A stretch of 64,000 nucleotides of DNA from Patescibacteria group bacterium (GCA_041662965.1 JBAZRI010000004.1:7305-71304), one strand, 5' to 3'. Shown: positions 39,939-50,160, numbered from the stretch's first letter. Made by a program: numbers and translations. The notes: generated by a model from the sequence alone, not told the origin.

Positions 39939-41873
39939 CTAATTGCCATGCTGATACTTATACGACTTTTTCATAGCCTTCCAAAATACTTCTTTATTGA
40001 CGCAGTGCGGATTGGTTCCGTCGCAATCTTTATTTTCTAGAACATTGCCGTATTTGGCAAAAGTGTTTGAGTCTTCGTACTCATAGGCGTTTTGCTGCAT
40101 TTTTTTAACCACTTCCGCGTGCGCCTTGTCCGTGTCTCCGCCGAATTTGCCTAATTCTTCCTGCATGCCGAGATTATAAGCGCGCACTAAACCGCGAAAT
40201 TCCTTGGATTTAGCTTCTCCCTTGACTACGTCTAAGGCCTCGCCGATGACCGTCGTGGTTATGCCGACCGTCTTACCGGTTATTTCGCCGAAAATCGTTT
40301 CAATAACTTTATCTTTAACCGCGTCTCCAACCTGTCCCTGAATGGCATTATTAACCATATCCATATTGCGCTTGACGTCCTCGCCGAATTCCGATAAACC
40401 TTCGTTGATTGATTGCTGGCGCTCCAGCATGCGCTCATAAAAACGCAGTTGTTCATCCAATTTAGCTTCTCCCTCACTCGGGCCTGATTTCCAGATTTTA
40501 AACTTGTCCACCACATTACCCATCTTCTCATTCCAGCGGTCTTTAAGCAATTTAGCGTCATCCATTTGCTCAATATCGTTATTCGGATCGCTGATAAATT
40601 TGTAATAATCCTTAAAAGCGTCAAGTTGCTCCTGGGTCATCTTAAAGCCCTTAGCTTTTAGATTTTCATTAAGATTGATTAATTTATCCTTTGATTCGCG
40701 ATCAAGATCCCCGACCGCATAATCGCCGAGAATATCCTTATTAATCGGATCAGATTGTTTTTCATATTCGGCCTTATTGGTTTTAGTTAAGACGTCAATC
40801 ATATCTTTTCTTTTGTCTTCAAGCCCTTTAAGCTGTTTTTCCAAATCAGCGTCCGAACCGTCTTTTAAATATTTTTTAAGTTCATCAATCTGATTGTCCA
40901 CGGCGATAACGTCAGCCGAATCAATTTTATCGCCTAATTGCGCGCGGCAGTCGCTCTTAGCGGCGCCGGTTAGCATTTTACAGCCGGCCGGATTTTCATA
41001 TTTAATAGCTATGCCCAAAAAGCATTCTTCTTGCGTATAGCTCATTAGGCCGCCCTTGATCCGCTTGCAAACTTCAAGGTCGCCGGTATTCTCGGCGATA
41101 TTAAGATAGCATTTATCTCTGGGTGGGTTAGAACCGGCATCTTTGAATTTCTCGCCTTTAATCCGTTCGCAATCATCCGGATTCCCGCTCTGCATAGCCG
41201 ACGCCTGGTAGCAATGGTCGCTGTCAGGCATAATCATGCAAATAACATCCTCTAGCTGGCTTAAACAGCCGGTAGTTAAAAACGACAATGCCAAAAGCAA
41301 CCCGGCCAGCTCAACAGTATTTTTTCCAGGCTTAAATTTCTTTACAACTATTACAATAATTATAACAGCCAGCCAGACAACCGCGGTCGAGAGCATAAAT
41401 AATGAGGCATTGCGAATCGGCTCAACTAAAAAATCCAAAACCAGGCGGGCGATGTCGGTATATCTAGGCTCTTTAGCTAAAGCCTCGGCTAAAAAATACC
41501 ACGGCGCGTAAATCAGGGCGAGTATAATCGGATTGACCGGGGAAAACTTGCTTAAGTGAACTAACTTTTTCAGCCCCAGGAAAATATAACCAAAAATTAA
41601 TGACAAAAAACCAAGTATTAATCCGCCATAAACGCCATAATTATTAAAAATTTCCAAAAATTTATAATCAGTTAAGTCCTTAATCCGAGCAATCGTATTA
41701 AAATTCAAATAATAGACAAAGGCGAAAATAAGCATAGCGGCTACCGGGAATAAGGCATTGGTTAAAAGACATTTTCTTTTTGGCTTGTCAATTTTTTCTT
41801 CTGTGCCGGCCGCAATTTTTTTGTCCGCCGAAACTTCAGCGTCGGCCGAAGCCGTTTGTTTTATTTCTTCCAT
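39939..41873 (-). CDS. Membrane protein with Cys-repeat and coiled-coil extracellular region
   Basis: ~6 N-terminal TM helices, four C..(I/L).....(D/G)..C..(I/L).G repeats, then a long charged region. Confidence 0.75.
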   Translation of the reverse strand: MEEIKQTASADAEVSADKKIAAGTEEKIDKPKRKCLLTNALFPVAAMLIFAFVYYLNFNTIARIKDLTDYKFLEIFNNYGVYGGLILGFLSLIFGYIFLGLKKLVHLSKFSPVNPIILALIYAPWYFLAEALAKEPRYTDIARLVLDFLVEPIRNASLFMLSTAVVWLAVIIIVIVVKKFKPGKNTVELAGLLLALSFLTTGCLSQLEDVICMIMPDSDHCYQASAMQSGNPDDCERIKGEKFKDAGSNPPRDKCYLNIAENTGDLEVCKRIKGGLMSYTQEECFLGIAIKYENPAGCKMLTGAAKSDCRAQLGDKIDSADVIAVDNQIDELKKYLKDGSDADLEKQLKGLEDKRKDMIDVLTKTNKAEYEKQSDPINKDILGDYAVGDLDRESKDKLINLNENLKAKGFKMTQEQLDAFKDYYKFISDPNNDIEQMDDAKLLKDRWNEKMGNVVDKFKIWKSGPSEGEAKLDEQLRFYERMLERQQSINEGLSEFGEDVKRNMDMVNNAIQGQVGDAVKDKVIETIFGEITGKTVGITTTVIGEALDVVKGEAKSKEFRGLVRAYNLGMQEELGKFGGDTDKAHAEVVKKMQQNAYEYEDSNTFAKYGNVLENKDCDGTNPHCVNKEVFWKAMKKSYKYQHGN

Positions 41874-41978
41874 TTTTTTAGTTATTAATAATATTTATAT
41901 TTAAAATTTACCATAGAATCATCAATTATTCAATAAGCTTACAAAAACAGTTTAATATGTTATAATATATAATAATAT

Positions 41979-43325
41979 ATGACATTTATTTTATCATTTC
42001 TCGAACGCCGCTGGCGATATTTTATCGCTTTAATTTTTATGCTTGCGATAATTGCCGGCCAAGCTGTCGCTTCGCCTTCGTCGGACGCTATCGCGATCCG
42101 CGTTATCCCTAATCCTAACCACTATTCACCGCTACGCGGGTACAAAGAGCAGAAATTCACCAGCTCTCCGCAATCTATAGTCATAGACGGCTATGAGGCT
42201 GTCCGCGACGGCCGCACGGTTTACGTTAACGCGGCCAATATAGCTAATGATAATTTTTACACCAATATTTATATCATCTCATATAACCAAGACGCGGCCG
42301 GCGACACGGTGGATATTTTCGGCCAGATATTAATCCATTGGAAATTTAATACCAACTTAGCCGCGGCTAATTTCTGTGAAGCAAATAATGCGACTAATTG
42401 TTTAACCAATTCCGATTGCCCAAAAAACGATTATTGTCTTTCCGCTAAAGCAAAAGCGATCCGCGATACTAAGCGCCTGGCCGATCTAAAAGATATAAAA
42501 ACCGCTCTGGAAAATTATAAACAGGCCAAAGGATATTATCCGGCTTTAAGCGCGGGCAGCTATATGGCTAATAAAACAATTTCGGTTTGGCCGAGCTGGA
42601 AAACCCTTTCCGGCGAAATTAGTTTTAACATGCCGCTTGATCCGATAAATAAATTAGGAGCTTGCGGCGCGGAAGGTTATGACCCGATAACCTGCTGGGA
42701 TGAAAAAGAAAAAAAATTTGCTGATCCTGATCCGCTTAACAACGAATTAAATTTGCCCGATGGAAGCCATGCCTATATTTATACCACGAACGCGGCTGGC
42801 GCTTCCTACAACATTTGCGCTAATACTGAATCCGGGCTGATCGCACCGGCAGATGGAAGTTGTTTGGAAAATATTTCAATGAACGCCGTAACTTGCACTG
42901 ACGCCGATAATGACAGCTACAACCTTGAAGGCGGCGGCTGCGGTCCAATTGATTGCGATGACGCAAAAAATTTTATCTACCCGGGAGCTAACGAGTCTTG
43001 CGATACTTTTGACAATAATTGCAACGGCAATATTATTGATGAAGGCTGTGATGACGACCGAGATGGTTATTGCGACGGATCAATGAGAATTTATAATAAT
43101 ACCAGCATGTGCCTTAACACCAATTTTATCAGCAATGGAATGTACGGCGATGACTGTAATGATAGTAACGCCGGCATACATCCCGGAGCTGGTTGTGCCT
43201 ATACTTACTGCGGTGACAGCATTATTCAAAATATTCCTGAAAACGATGATGGCATAGCGGAAGCTTGCGATGACGGCAATGCCGCTAGCGGCGATGGCTG
43301 CGATGAAAATTGCCAGATTGAATAA
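41979..43325 (+). CDS. Secreted protein with Cys-rich MopE-like / CxxDDGN metal-binding repeats
   Basis: Signal anchor plus repeats: CTDADNDSY...CDDAKNFIYPGANESCDTFDNNCNG and ACDDGNAASGDGCDENC. Confidence 0.8.
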   Translation: MTFILSFLERRWRYFIALIFMLAIIAGQAVASPSSDAIAIRVIPNPNHYSPLRGYKEQKFTSSPQSIVIDGYEAVRDGRTVYVNAANIANDNFYTNIYIISYNQDAAGDTVDIFGQILIHWKFNTNLAAANFCEANNATNCLTNSDCPKNDYCLSAKAKAIRDTKRLADLKDIKTALENYKQAKGYYPALSAGSYMANKTISVWPSWKTLSGEISFNMPLDPINKLGACGAEGYDPITCWDEKEKKFADPDPLNNELNLPDGSHAYIYTTNAAGASYNICANTESGLIAPADGSCLENISMNAVTCTDADNDSYNLEGGGCGPIDCDDAKNFIYPGANESCDTFDNNCNGNIIDEGCDDDRDGYCDGSMRIYNNTSMCLNTNFISNGMYGDDCNDSNAGIHPGAGCAYTYCGDSIIQNIPENDDGIAEACDDGNAASGDGCDENCQIE

Positions 43326-43405
43326 CTTATAATTTAAATATATTATGCCTAATTTCTTATCTAAAAAATCATTTTTATATTTATTGACCACTGGCTTTTT
43401 CTCTA

Positions 43406-45781
43406 TTGTTTTTTTTTCTGGCATTTTTTTCTTTGCCACTATTCAGCGCTTCTTATTGTAATATAGGGGTTGATGCTGACAGATGCAATCCAAGAATTCC
43501 CAACCGGATACAGGCTTGCGGCAATTGCGACGCGGATTCGGATAATGAATGGTGTAATACCATTGACTGCGCAACTACCGGGAAAATATGCCTTAACGGG
43601 ACTTGCCATAATTCAATAAACTGCGCTGACGCCGATAACGACGGTTATGGCGCAATCGGCTCAACCGGCTGTGCCCAATCCGGTGTTGACTGTAACAACA
43701 ATAACGCCGCTATCCATCCGAACGCCGCCGAAATTTGCGGCAACGGCATTGACGAAGACTGCGCGGGCGGCGATCAGCTCTGTAGCACGAATATCATAAT
43801 TTCCGTGCTGCAGCCGATTTCCTCTGAATTTCTTATTAAAGATAATATTAATTTCTCCGCTTCGGCTATCGGCGGAAGCTACCCTTATAAATATGCTTGG
43901 CAATCAAATAAAGATGGAATTTTATATTCCGGTCTTACCAACAATTTTGCGACTAGTAATTTATCGGCCGGAACGCATACTATTAATTTAACCGTTACCG
44001 ATAGTTTAGGCGCGACCAAACAGCAAACGTTGAATCTAACAGTTTATAATGCCAATACGTTATTCGCGGCTATTAATACTCCTTATAACGGAGAAGAATT
44101 TCCTCTTGGTAATTTGATTTATTTTAATTCCAGCCTGGCCGGAGCTATCTCGCCGGCTAATTATGCTTGGGCATCGGATCGTGATGGCGTGATTAGCGCC
44201 TCTGATCATTTTTCAATTTCCACTTTATCGCTCGGCGATCATAAAATTACTTTAACCGTAACCGACGACGCCGCGAAAACCTTTGTTAAATCTATAAATA
44301 TTAAAATAATCTCCGGCCTGGTATTAAAAATATATCAGCCAACTCCCGGAGCTTACGAACAGGGCATAAATATATTTTTTAACGCCGGAGTCAACGGCGG
44401 CGCCTCGCCTTATGCTTTTTCTTGGAGCTCGAATAAAGACGGAAAAATCGACGGCAGCGTCGATAAAGACCGTAGCGGTAAGAGTAGCGGCCGCGAGATC
44501 GGCGGCGGAATTATTAAAAACGACCTTTCCTTGGGCACGCATCTGATAACCGTGGTTGCCACCGACGCGGCCGGAGCCACGGCCAGTGAATCAGTTACTA
44601 TAGAAATTGTTGAGCCTCTGTGCCTTGATGACGATAAAGACGGCTATGGAAAAACCAGCGGCCTTAACTGCTTAAGCGCGGGGATAGATTGCGATGACGC
44701 CAATCCGAATATCAATCCGGCGGCCACTGAAATTTGCGGAAACACGATTGATGAAAATTGCAACTACAACACAACTGATTGCCCGGTGACTCTTACGGTT
44801 TTATCTCCGGCCGGTAACGGACAAACCTTTGTCTGGGGCAGTAAGTTGAGTATCAAGATTAAAGGCGCTCCAATTACTAGCGCCAGCATGAATATTTATA
44901 ATTCAGCTAATGCGCCTGTTAAGTATATATTATTATATAATGACGGTACTCATAATGACGGAGCGGCTAACGATGATATCTGGGGCGCGGACTTACAGCT
45001 GGTTTTCCCTAATGGCAATTATCATCTCAACGCGACCGTTAACGCCTTGCCGCATAATAATATTATAAATTTTAATATTAGCGACACGCCAACCTGCACG
45101 ACTATTGTTAATAACGGCAATAGCGCCGATAAACTGGATATTGTTTTTATCGCTGATAAATATACGAGCTCGGAAATACCGAATTTTATCGCTAAAGTCC
45201 AAGCCGCCTACGGCTATTTATTCGGGATTGTACCGTTTAACGCGCAAAACTCCAAAATCAATATTCATCGAGTGGATTCTCCAATGAATTTAGGCTGCGC
45301 CGGCTGGAGCACTCACCAGCCGGACTGCAACGCTTCTAATATTTCACCAATCGCCAGCCTTTGCCCGGGCGATAGAACTATAGTCATGGTTGACGGCAAT
45401 TTCCGATCGTACGCCTATAAAGGCGGCTACGCGATTGTTGCAGCCAATGACTCAAACTTCAAAGGCGTGGTTGTTCATGAATTCGGACATAGCCTTGGAC
45501 AATTAGACGATGAATATGTTGATAGCGTCGTTCCGGATCGAGGAGCCACTATCGTAAACTTAAGCGTTAATTGCGATACCAGTTCGGTTTGCACTAAATG
45601 GAGAACGCCGCAAACAGCGCAAGGCGCCCTATTGTCCGGTACCGGCTGCTACACGGGCTGCGATTACCGTAATACCTATTATCGATCAATCAGCAACGGT
45701 ATAATGAGAAATCATACAGTAACGGATTTTGGCGTTATAAATATAAATCAGATTAATAAATTATTTAATTCATACAGATAA
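43406..45781 (+). CDS. Secreted multidomain protein: MopE-like Cys repeats, four PKD-like repeats, C-terminal M64 (IgA-peptidase-like) metalloprotease domain
   Basis: HEFGHSLGQLDDEY zinc motif; repeated Y.W.S..DG...L..G.H.I.LTVTD units. The track start is a TTG; a better ATG at 43345 is one frame off across a T9 run. Confidence 0.8.
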   Translation: MFFFLAFFSLPLFSASYCNIGVDADRCNPRIPNRIQACGNCDADSDNEWCNTIDCATTGKICLNGTCHNSINCADADNDGYGAIGSTGCAQSGVDCNNNNAAIHPNAAEICGNGIDEDCAGGDQLCSTNIIISVLQPISSEFLIKDNINFSASAIGGSYPYKYAWQSNKDGILYSGLTNNFATSNLSAGTHTINLTVTDSLGATKQQTLNLTVYNANTLFAAINTPYNGEEFPLGNLIYFNSSLAGAISPANYAWASDRDGVISASDHFSISTLSLGDHKITLTVTDDAAKTFVKSINIKIISGLVLKIYQPTPGAYEQGINIFFNAGVNGGASPYAFSWSSNKDGKIDGSVDKDRSGKSSGREIGGGIIKNDLSLGTHLITVVATDAAGATASESVTIEIVEPLCLDDDKDGYGKTSGLNCLSAGIDCDDANPNINPAATEICGNTIDENCNYNTTDCPVTLTVLSPAGNGQTFVWGSKLSIKIKGAPITSASMNIYNSANAPVKYILLYNDGTHNDGAANDDIWGADLQLVFPNGNYHLNATVNALPHNNIINFNISDTPTCTTIVNNGNSADKLDIVFIADKYTSSEIPNFIAKVQAAYGYLFGIVPFNAQNSKINIHRVDSPMNLGCAGWSTHQPDCNASNISPIASLCPGDRTIVMVDGNFRSYAYKGGYAIVAANDSNFKGVVVHEFGHSLGQLDDEYVDSVVPDRGATIVNLSVNCDTSSVCTKWRTPQTAQGALLSGTGCYTGCDYRNTYYRSISNGIMRNHTVTDFGVININQINKLFNSYR

Positions 45782-45785
45782 AAAT

Positions 45786-46493
45786 ATGAAAATCTTTAAA
45801 TTTTTATTGCTTATCGGCGCCTTGTTCTATGCCGCAGCGGCATTCGCACAAACACAGCAAATTTTTTTAGTGGAAATCCAATTTAACCGCGGTCAGGTGA
45901 AAATCGGCGAAGTTATGAACGGCCAGGGCTATGTTTCGGAGCCGGAAAAAGAGCTGGAAATAGGGCCTTATCAATACTGGCTGGAAATGATTTCGTCGTC
46001 AGGGCAAGTGCTGGACATGAGAAAATTATCACTTGATCCGCGCGTTTCGCCAAGACCGCCTTATCCTGGAGAAATTACTGAACCGATAAACGACAATATG
46101 GCGGATGAATTCAGTAAAACGATTGCTTTGCCCTATTATCCAGACGTTCAACTGCTTAGTCTTTACGATGCCAATAAAAATTTATTGGATCAAAAAGATG
46201 TAAGCTATCTAATCCCCGGCTGCGGAGACGCGAAGTGCGGTGAAAAAGAAAATTACCTTGTCTGCGCATCTGATTGCCCGGCCGGCGGAAAAGACGGCTG
46301 GTGCAATAAAGGTTTGGCTGACTTAGACCCGGATTGCCCGAAAACCGAGCCGGCGGTAAACGCGGCGGCCTCGGAGCAAAAACCTCCCTTAAAGCCTTAT
46401 ATCCTTCTTGTCGGCGGCGGTTTGGTAATATTTTTAATTATTGCCGGCTTAGTAATATATCTTGCGACAAAAAGAAAAACTGAAAACTTATAA
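45786..46493 (+). CDS. Secreted, C-terminally anchored protein
   Basis: Signal peptide, Cys cluster and a C-terminal TM helix. Confidence 0.7.
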   Translation: MKIFKFLLLIGALFYAAAAFAQTQQIFLVEIQFNRGQVKIGEVMNGQGYVSEPEKELEIGPYQYWLEMISSSGQVLDMRKLSLDPRVSPRPPYPGEITEPINDNMADEFSKTIALPYYPDVQLLSLYDANKNLLDQKDVSYLIPGCGDAKCGEKENYLVCASDCPAGGKDGWCNKGLADLDPDCPKTEPAVNAAASEQKPPLKPYILLVGGGLVIFLIIAGLVIYLATKRKTENL

Positions 46494-46542
46494 TCCGGCA
46501 TTATTATTGCCGGCATATTTCCTAACCGATTCCGCTAATTAT

Positions 46543-47613
46543 ATGCTTACAAATTTAAAATATCCGCGCAAAATTATTTTTACCTTAGCCTTATTGACTA
46601 TGCTTTTCTTGTCTTTAGCGGTCGAAGGCGCGCATTATGCCGGAGAAGCCACCGGTTATATTCTTTTGCAAGTGGAAGCTAACGGCGAAGCCTGGTATGT
46701 TTATCCGATAAACGGCAAAGCCTATTACCTGGGCCGGCCGGCCGATGCTTTTAAAATTATGAAATCGCTGGCGCTTGGTGCCAAACATGATTTTATCGCT
46801 AACACGGATATTTTTCCGGAGAGATTATCTGGTATGATTCTTTTGGACGTGGAACAGAATGGTGAAGCTTATTATATCTACCCGGAAAATAATAAAAAAT
46901 ATTATTTGGGCCGGCCGGACGATGCTTTTAAAATTATGCGCGAATTGGGCCGGGGCGTGAGCAATTTGGATTTAGCCAATATTCCGATCGGCATAATCGG
47001 CGAACCGCTAGCCTTTTTTGATATCCATAAAAAAGTGCTGCTTGCTAACGTGCCTTTTACCGCGCAGGCGCCTTTCGGCGATTGGGCGGATCAGCGCCAG
47101 CAAGACGGCTGTGAAGAGGCCTCGGCTCTAATGGCCGTAAAATGGGCGCGCGGGCAAAGCTTAACTAAAGACGAGGCTTTAAAAGAAATTACCGGTATTT
47201 CGGACTGGCTTCTGAAAAAATACGGAGAATACCGCGATATCTCCGCCCAGGACGCGGTTGACTGGATTTTTAAAGACTATTTTAATTATGGCAAGGTGGT
47301 TTTGGTCAGAGACATAACCGTCAATGATATTATTGAAGAATTGGCTAAGGGCAACCTGGTAATTACGCCCATGAACGGCCAAATCATGCATAACCCAAAT
47401 TATAAAGCGCCCGGACCGCCCCGGCATATGGTGGTTGTCCGCGGCTATGATCCGGCCATAAAAGAATTCATCACTAACGATCCGGGAACCAGGCTGGGCG
47501 AACTTTACCGCTACGACGCCACTGTTTTTTATGAAGCCATCCGCGATTATCCCACCGGCTACCATGAAATCATCAAACAGATAGGCAAAGATATGATTGT
47601 GGTAAGCAAATAA
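46543..47613 (+). CDS. Peptidase C39-like domain protein with two N-terminal ~45-aa repeats
   Basis: Start at MLTNLKYPRK (signal anchor). Repeats are E.NGEA.Y.YP.N.K.YYLGRP.DAFKIM; the C-terminal QDGCEEASALMAV cysteine-peptidase-like core follows. Confidence 0.75.
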   Translation: MLTNLKYPRKIIFTLALLTMLFLSLAVEGAHYAGEATGYILLQVEANGEAWYVYPINGKAYYLGRPADAFKIMKSLALGAKHDFIANTDIFPERLSGMILLDVEQNGEAYYIYPENNKKYYLGRPDDAFKIMRELGRGVSNLDLANIPIGIIGEPLAFFDIHKKVLLANVPFTAQAPFGDWADQRQQDGCEEASALMAVKWARGQSLTKDEALKEITGISDWLLKKYGEYRDISAQDAVDWIFKDYFNYGKVVLVRDITVNDIIEELAKGNLVITPMNGQIMHNPNYKAPGPPRHMVVVRGYDPAIKEFITNDPGTRLGELYRYDATVFYEAIRDYPTGYHEIIKQIGKDMIVVSK

Positions 47614-47635
47614 ATTATAAAAATAGCATAAAATA

Positions 47636-47665
47636 AAAAATCACCCTTTGAGCGGGGTGATTTTT
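47636..47665. terminator. Bidirectional intrinsic terminator
   Basis: TCACCC/GGGTGA stem flanked by A- and T-runs, between convergent genes. Confidence 0.7.
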
Positions 47666-47693
47666 ATTTAAACCTTGCGCGGGAACTTAAAAA

Positions 47694-48092
47694 CTATTCC
47701 GTGACCGCGCCGTCAAATTCAGCTTCGTTGGCTTCGGCTTCCGCTTTAGTGGCGCGCACGATGCCGTCTTTATGGTGCGCCGGAGAATAAATCGTGTAGA
47801 GCTTTAAATCCTCGCTCGCGGAAACGTTAATAACATTATGGTTGGCGCCGGCCGGCACGACTATAGCCGAGCCGTCTTTGACTTCATATTCATTGCCGTC
47901 AATAACGCATTTGCCCTGCCCTGCCTCAAAGCGAAAAAATTGGTCGTTATCCTTATGCACTTCCATGCCGATTTCTTCTTTGGGTTTTAAAGACATTAAA
48001 ACCAGCTGGCTGTGCTTTCCTGTATAAAGCACCTGGCGAAAATTATTATTGGCCAAAGTGTCTTTTTCAATGTTGGCGTTAAATCCTTTCAT
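47694..48092 (-). CDS. Cupin domain protein
   Basis: 132 aa with G.E...H.......F and VPAGANHNVIN cupin motifs. Confidence 0.75.
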   Translation of the reverse strand: MKGFNANIEKDTLANNNFRQVLYTGKHSQLVLMSLKPKEEIGMEVHKDNDQFFRFEAGQGKCVIDGNEYEVKDGSAIVVPAGANHNVINVSASEDLKLYTIYSPAHHKDGIVRATKAEAEANEAEFDGAVTE

Positions 48093-48110
48093 AAATTTTA
48101 ATTTAGTTAT

Positions 48111-48770
48111 TTAGTTGATAATTTTTCTCTTATGGGTGATTAAACAATAAATATAGACTATGACCACGGTTGTCAGCGCGCCTAAAATATTCATAGTTAA
48201 ATCGTTGGCCGTATCCGCTCCGGGCCCCAGCCGATTGGTATGGAAAAAAATATCTTCTAAATATTCCTCTACCTCGTAAAGCGCTCCTAGGCCGATGGTT
48301 GAAGTTGTAGAAAGAAATAAGGCGAGTTTTAACCGGCCTTGCTTAAACAGCAGGCAAAATTCAAATTTATCAATCCAAAAAGCATTGATGATAGCGAAGA
48401 GAGTGAAATTAATAATAGCGCTGACTGAATAATGGACGGCTTGATCCCACCAAATTATGTTGCCGTATAAATGAAAAAAATCCCCGGCCGCGTCTAGGCC
48501 TAAGGCAATAGTTACTATTATCCAAACAGACCAATGGAGGTAATGGCCTTTTTTTTGCCTATACCTGGAGGCCGTTATTTCTAAAAGGGCAAAACAAAAA
48601 ATAGCCGTAATCACTAATCCCAGCCAGGTAAACTGGGTGTTAAATTGTAAAATTTTGAGAAAATTCAAAATTTCAAAAATTATCAAACCGGCGAATAAAA
48701 AGCGGGCAAAATTTATTACGGCTAAAGTATTGGTTTTCTCTTCGCTCTGGCGATTAAAAATTTTCAGCAT
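48111..48770 (-). CDS. Membrane protein, function unknown
   Basis: 219 aa, ~6 TM helices. Confidence 0.65.
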   Translation of the reverse strand: MLKIFNRQSEEKTNTLAVINFARFLFAGLIIFEILNFLKILQFNTQFTWLGLVITAIFCFALLEITASRYRQKKGHYLHWSVWIIVTIALGLDAAGDFFHLYGNIIWWDQAVHYSVSAIINFTLFAIINAFWIDKFEFCLLFKQGRLKLALFLSTTSTIGLGALYEVEEYLEDIFFHTNRLGPGADTANDLTMNILGALTTVVIVYIYCLITHKRKIIN

Positions 48771-48789
48771 ATTAATAACTTATTAATTA

Positions 48790-49155
48790 TTAAAAACTCA
48801 TCCAAAAGAACCAAGCGCCAATAAGGAATATTATGCCGCCCCAAAACATCTGTCCGCCTTTGAACATTTGGGCCTTTTTATTAACACGATCGGGAAACCC
48901 AATTTTTTCAATACCTTTAAATAACGTAGTCCAGCCTAAAATAGTAATGGTAATTCGCCAGTCGGCAACCCAAATATTATGCGCGACAACGGTAGCCAGC
49001 CCCAGTAAAAAGGTAATATAACCGGTAGAAATAGTAATGGTTTTATCTTCGGTATACTCTATAATTCTGCCCAACAACTTTGCGCCTACAGACATCGCGC
49101 CAAGAATCATAAAAAGACTGCCCCAAAATTTTGCCAAAAAAATTGTAATTTCCAT
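48790..49155 (-). CDS. Membrane protein, function unknown
   Basis: 121 aa, 4 TM helices. Confidence 0.65.
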   Translation of the reverse strand: MEITIFLAKFWGSLFMILGAMSVGAKLLGRIIEYTEDKTITISTGYITFLLGLATVVAHNIWVADWRITITILGWTTLFKGIEKIGFPDRVNKKAQMFKGGQMFWGGIIFLIGAWFFWMSF

Positions 49156-49176
49156 ATTATTTAATCATTAAACGAT

Positions 49177-49347
49177 TTAATCAAAAGTTTTTTTATTCTT
49201 TATTAATCCTATAATTCCGATGATAACCGCTATCAGCCCCATTAATTGCCCACCGGGGCTATCGTCATATTCACCGTAGACAAACATAAACACGCCGAAT
49301 AATATTACCAAAACAAAATAGATTATTCTTCTGTAATATTTTTTCAT
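49177..49347 (-). CDS. 56-aa two-TM micro-protein
   Basis: Own translation: MKKYYRRIIYFVLVILFGVFMFVYGEYDDSPGGQLMGLIAVIIGIIGLIKNKKTFD. Below the ORF-track cut-off. Confidence 0.45.
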   Translation of the reverse strand: MKKYYRRIIYFVLVILFGVFMFVYGEYDDSPGGQLMGLIAVIIGIIGLIKNKKTFD

Positions 49348-49409
49348 AGTTTGATTTTTTGTTATGTATTAATTATATCAAAAATTAATAAAAAATTCTA
49401 ACATCCAGT

Positions 49410-49598
49410 TTAAAACATAAACAATTCATCAATCGTTGTCTTTAACACTTTAGCCACGTCATGAGCCAGGTTTAAAGAAGGATTATACTTTCCTCCTTCA
49501 AGAAAAACAATAGTCTCCCTTCTAACGCCGACTTTTTTAGCTAAATCCTCCTGAGTAAAATTATATTTAGCTCTAAATTCTTTAATTCTATTTTTCAT
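49410..49598 (-). CDS. XRE-family HTH transcriptional regulator (small, YozG-like)
   Basis: [29 protein letters not shown]. Confidence 0.85.
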   Translation of the reverse strand: MKNRIKEFRAKYNFTQEDLAKKVGVRRETIVFLEGGKYNPSLNLAHDVAKVLKTTIDELFMF

Positions 49599-49607
49599 AC
49601 TTTTTTG

Positions 49608-50027
49608 TTATTCGCCTCTTTTATTTAAATACCAATAAGATAATCCAAAAATTATTGCCATACCGGCGATGCCTATGCTTGGCACCGAACTAGCCGGAAT
49701 GCTTAAGTTAAAATAATCAATAGCCATACTTAAGCCAAGCAACCAGTAAATGCCAATATAAAAAGCATAAGCCCCGGCTTTTGTTTCCAGCTTTCTTGAC
49801 CTTTCGTCTTTTAACGGCTCGCCATATTTAAGACTTTGATATTTATTTTTAATTAATTTAAAGCCAAACACAACCAAAATCAGAGGAATAACTAATACGC
49901 CAACGCCTGACTTTTTGCCAGTGTTTAAATAACCAAGCATGCCCCAAGCAGAAATAGTAACGATCAAAAGACCCAAAAGAACAGTTATTAATATAAATCT
50001 TTTTTTGTCGTTTTTTTTATTTTCCAT
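49608..50027 (-). CDS. Membrane protein co-transcribed with the HTH regulator
   Basis: 139 aa, 4 TM helices, 9-nt gap to the regulator gene. Confidence 0.7.
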   Translation of the reverse strand: MENKKNDKKRFILITVLLGLLIVTISAWGMLGYLNTGKKSGVGVLVIPLILVVFGFKLIKNKYQSLKYGEPLKDERSRKLETKAGAYAFYIGIYWLLGLSMAIDYFNLSIPASSVPSIGIAGMAIIFGLSYWYLNKRGE

Positions 50028-50132
50028 ATAATTGTTATTTATTTATAATATTATGTTAAATATACCTAACTTAATGTTATCTTATTCTAACATAATTGTC
50101 AAGGGAATTTACACACAATCAAAATACTAAAA

Positions 50133-50160
50133 AATAACGCTAAAATTAGCGTTATTTTTT
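50133..50160. terminator. Bidirectional terminator at the left border of the accessory block
   Basis: AATAACGCTA/TAGCGTTATT stem flanked by A- and T-runs. Confidence 0.65.

Noticed and set aside
40280-40624. 114-aa ORF nested in another frame of the same strand as the 644-aa membrane protein gene. Similar nested ORFs occur at 26948..27235, 21248..21451, 4274..4459 and 4613..4804.
   Set aside because: They are out-of-frame overlaps within longer, better-supported genes, and show no independent signals.
43080-43439. Minus-strand 119-aa ORF spanning the junction of the two Cys-repeat protein genes.
   Set aside because: It is antisense to two plus-strand genes with clear domain content, and there is no SD.
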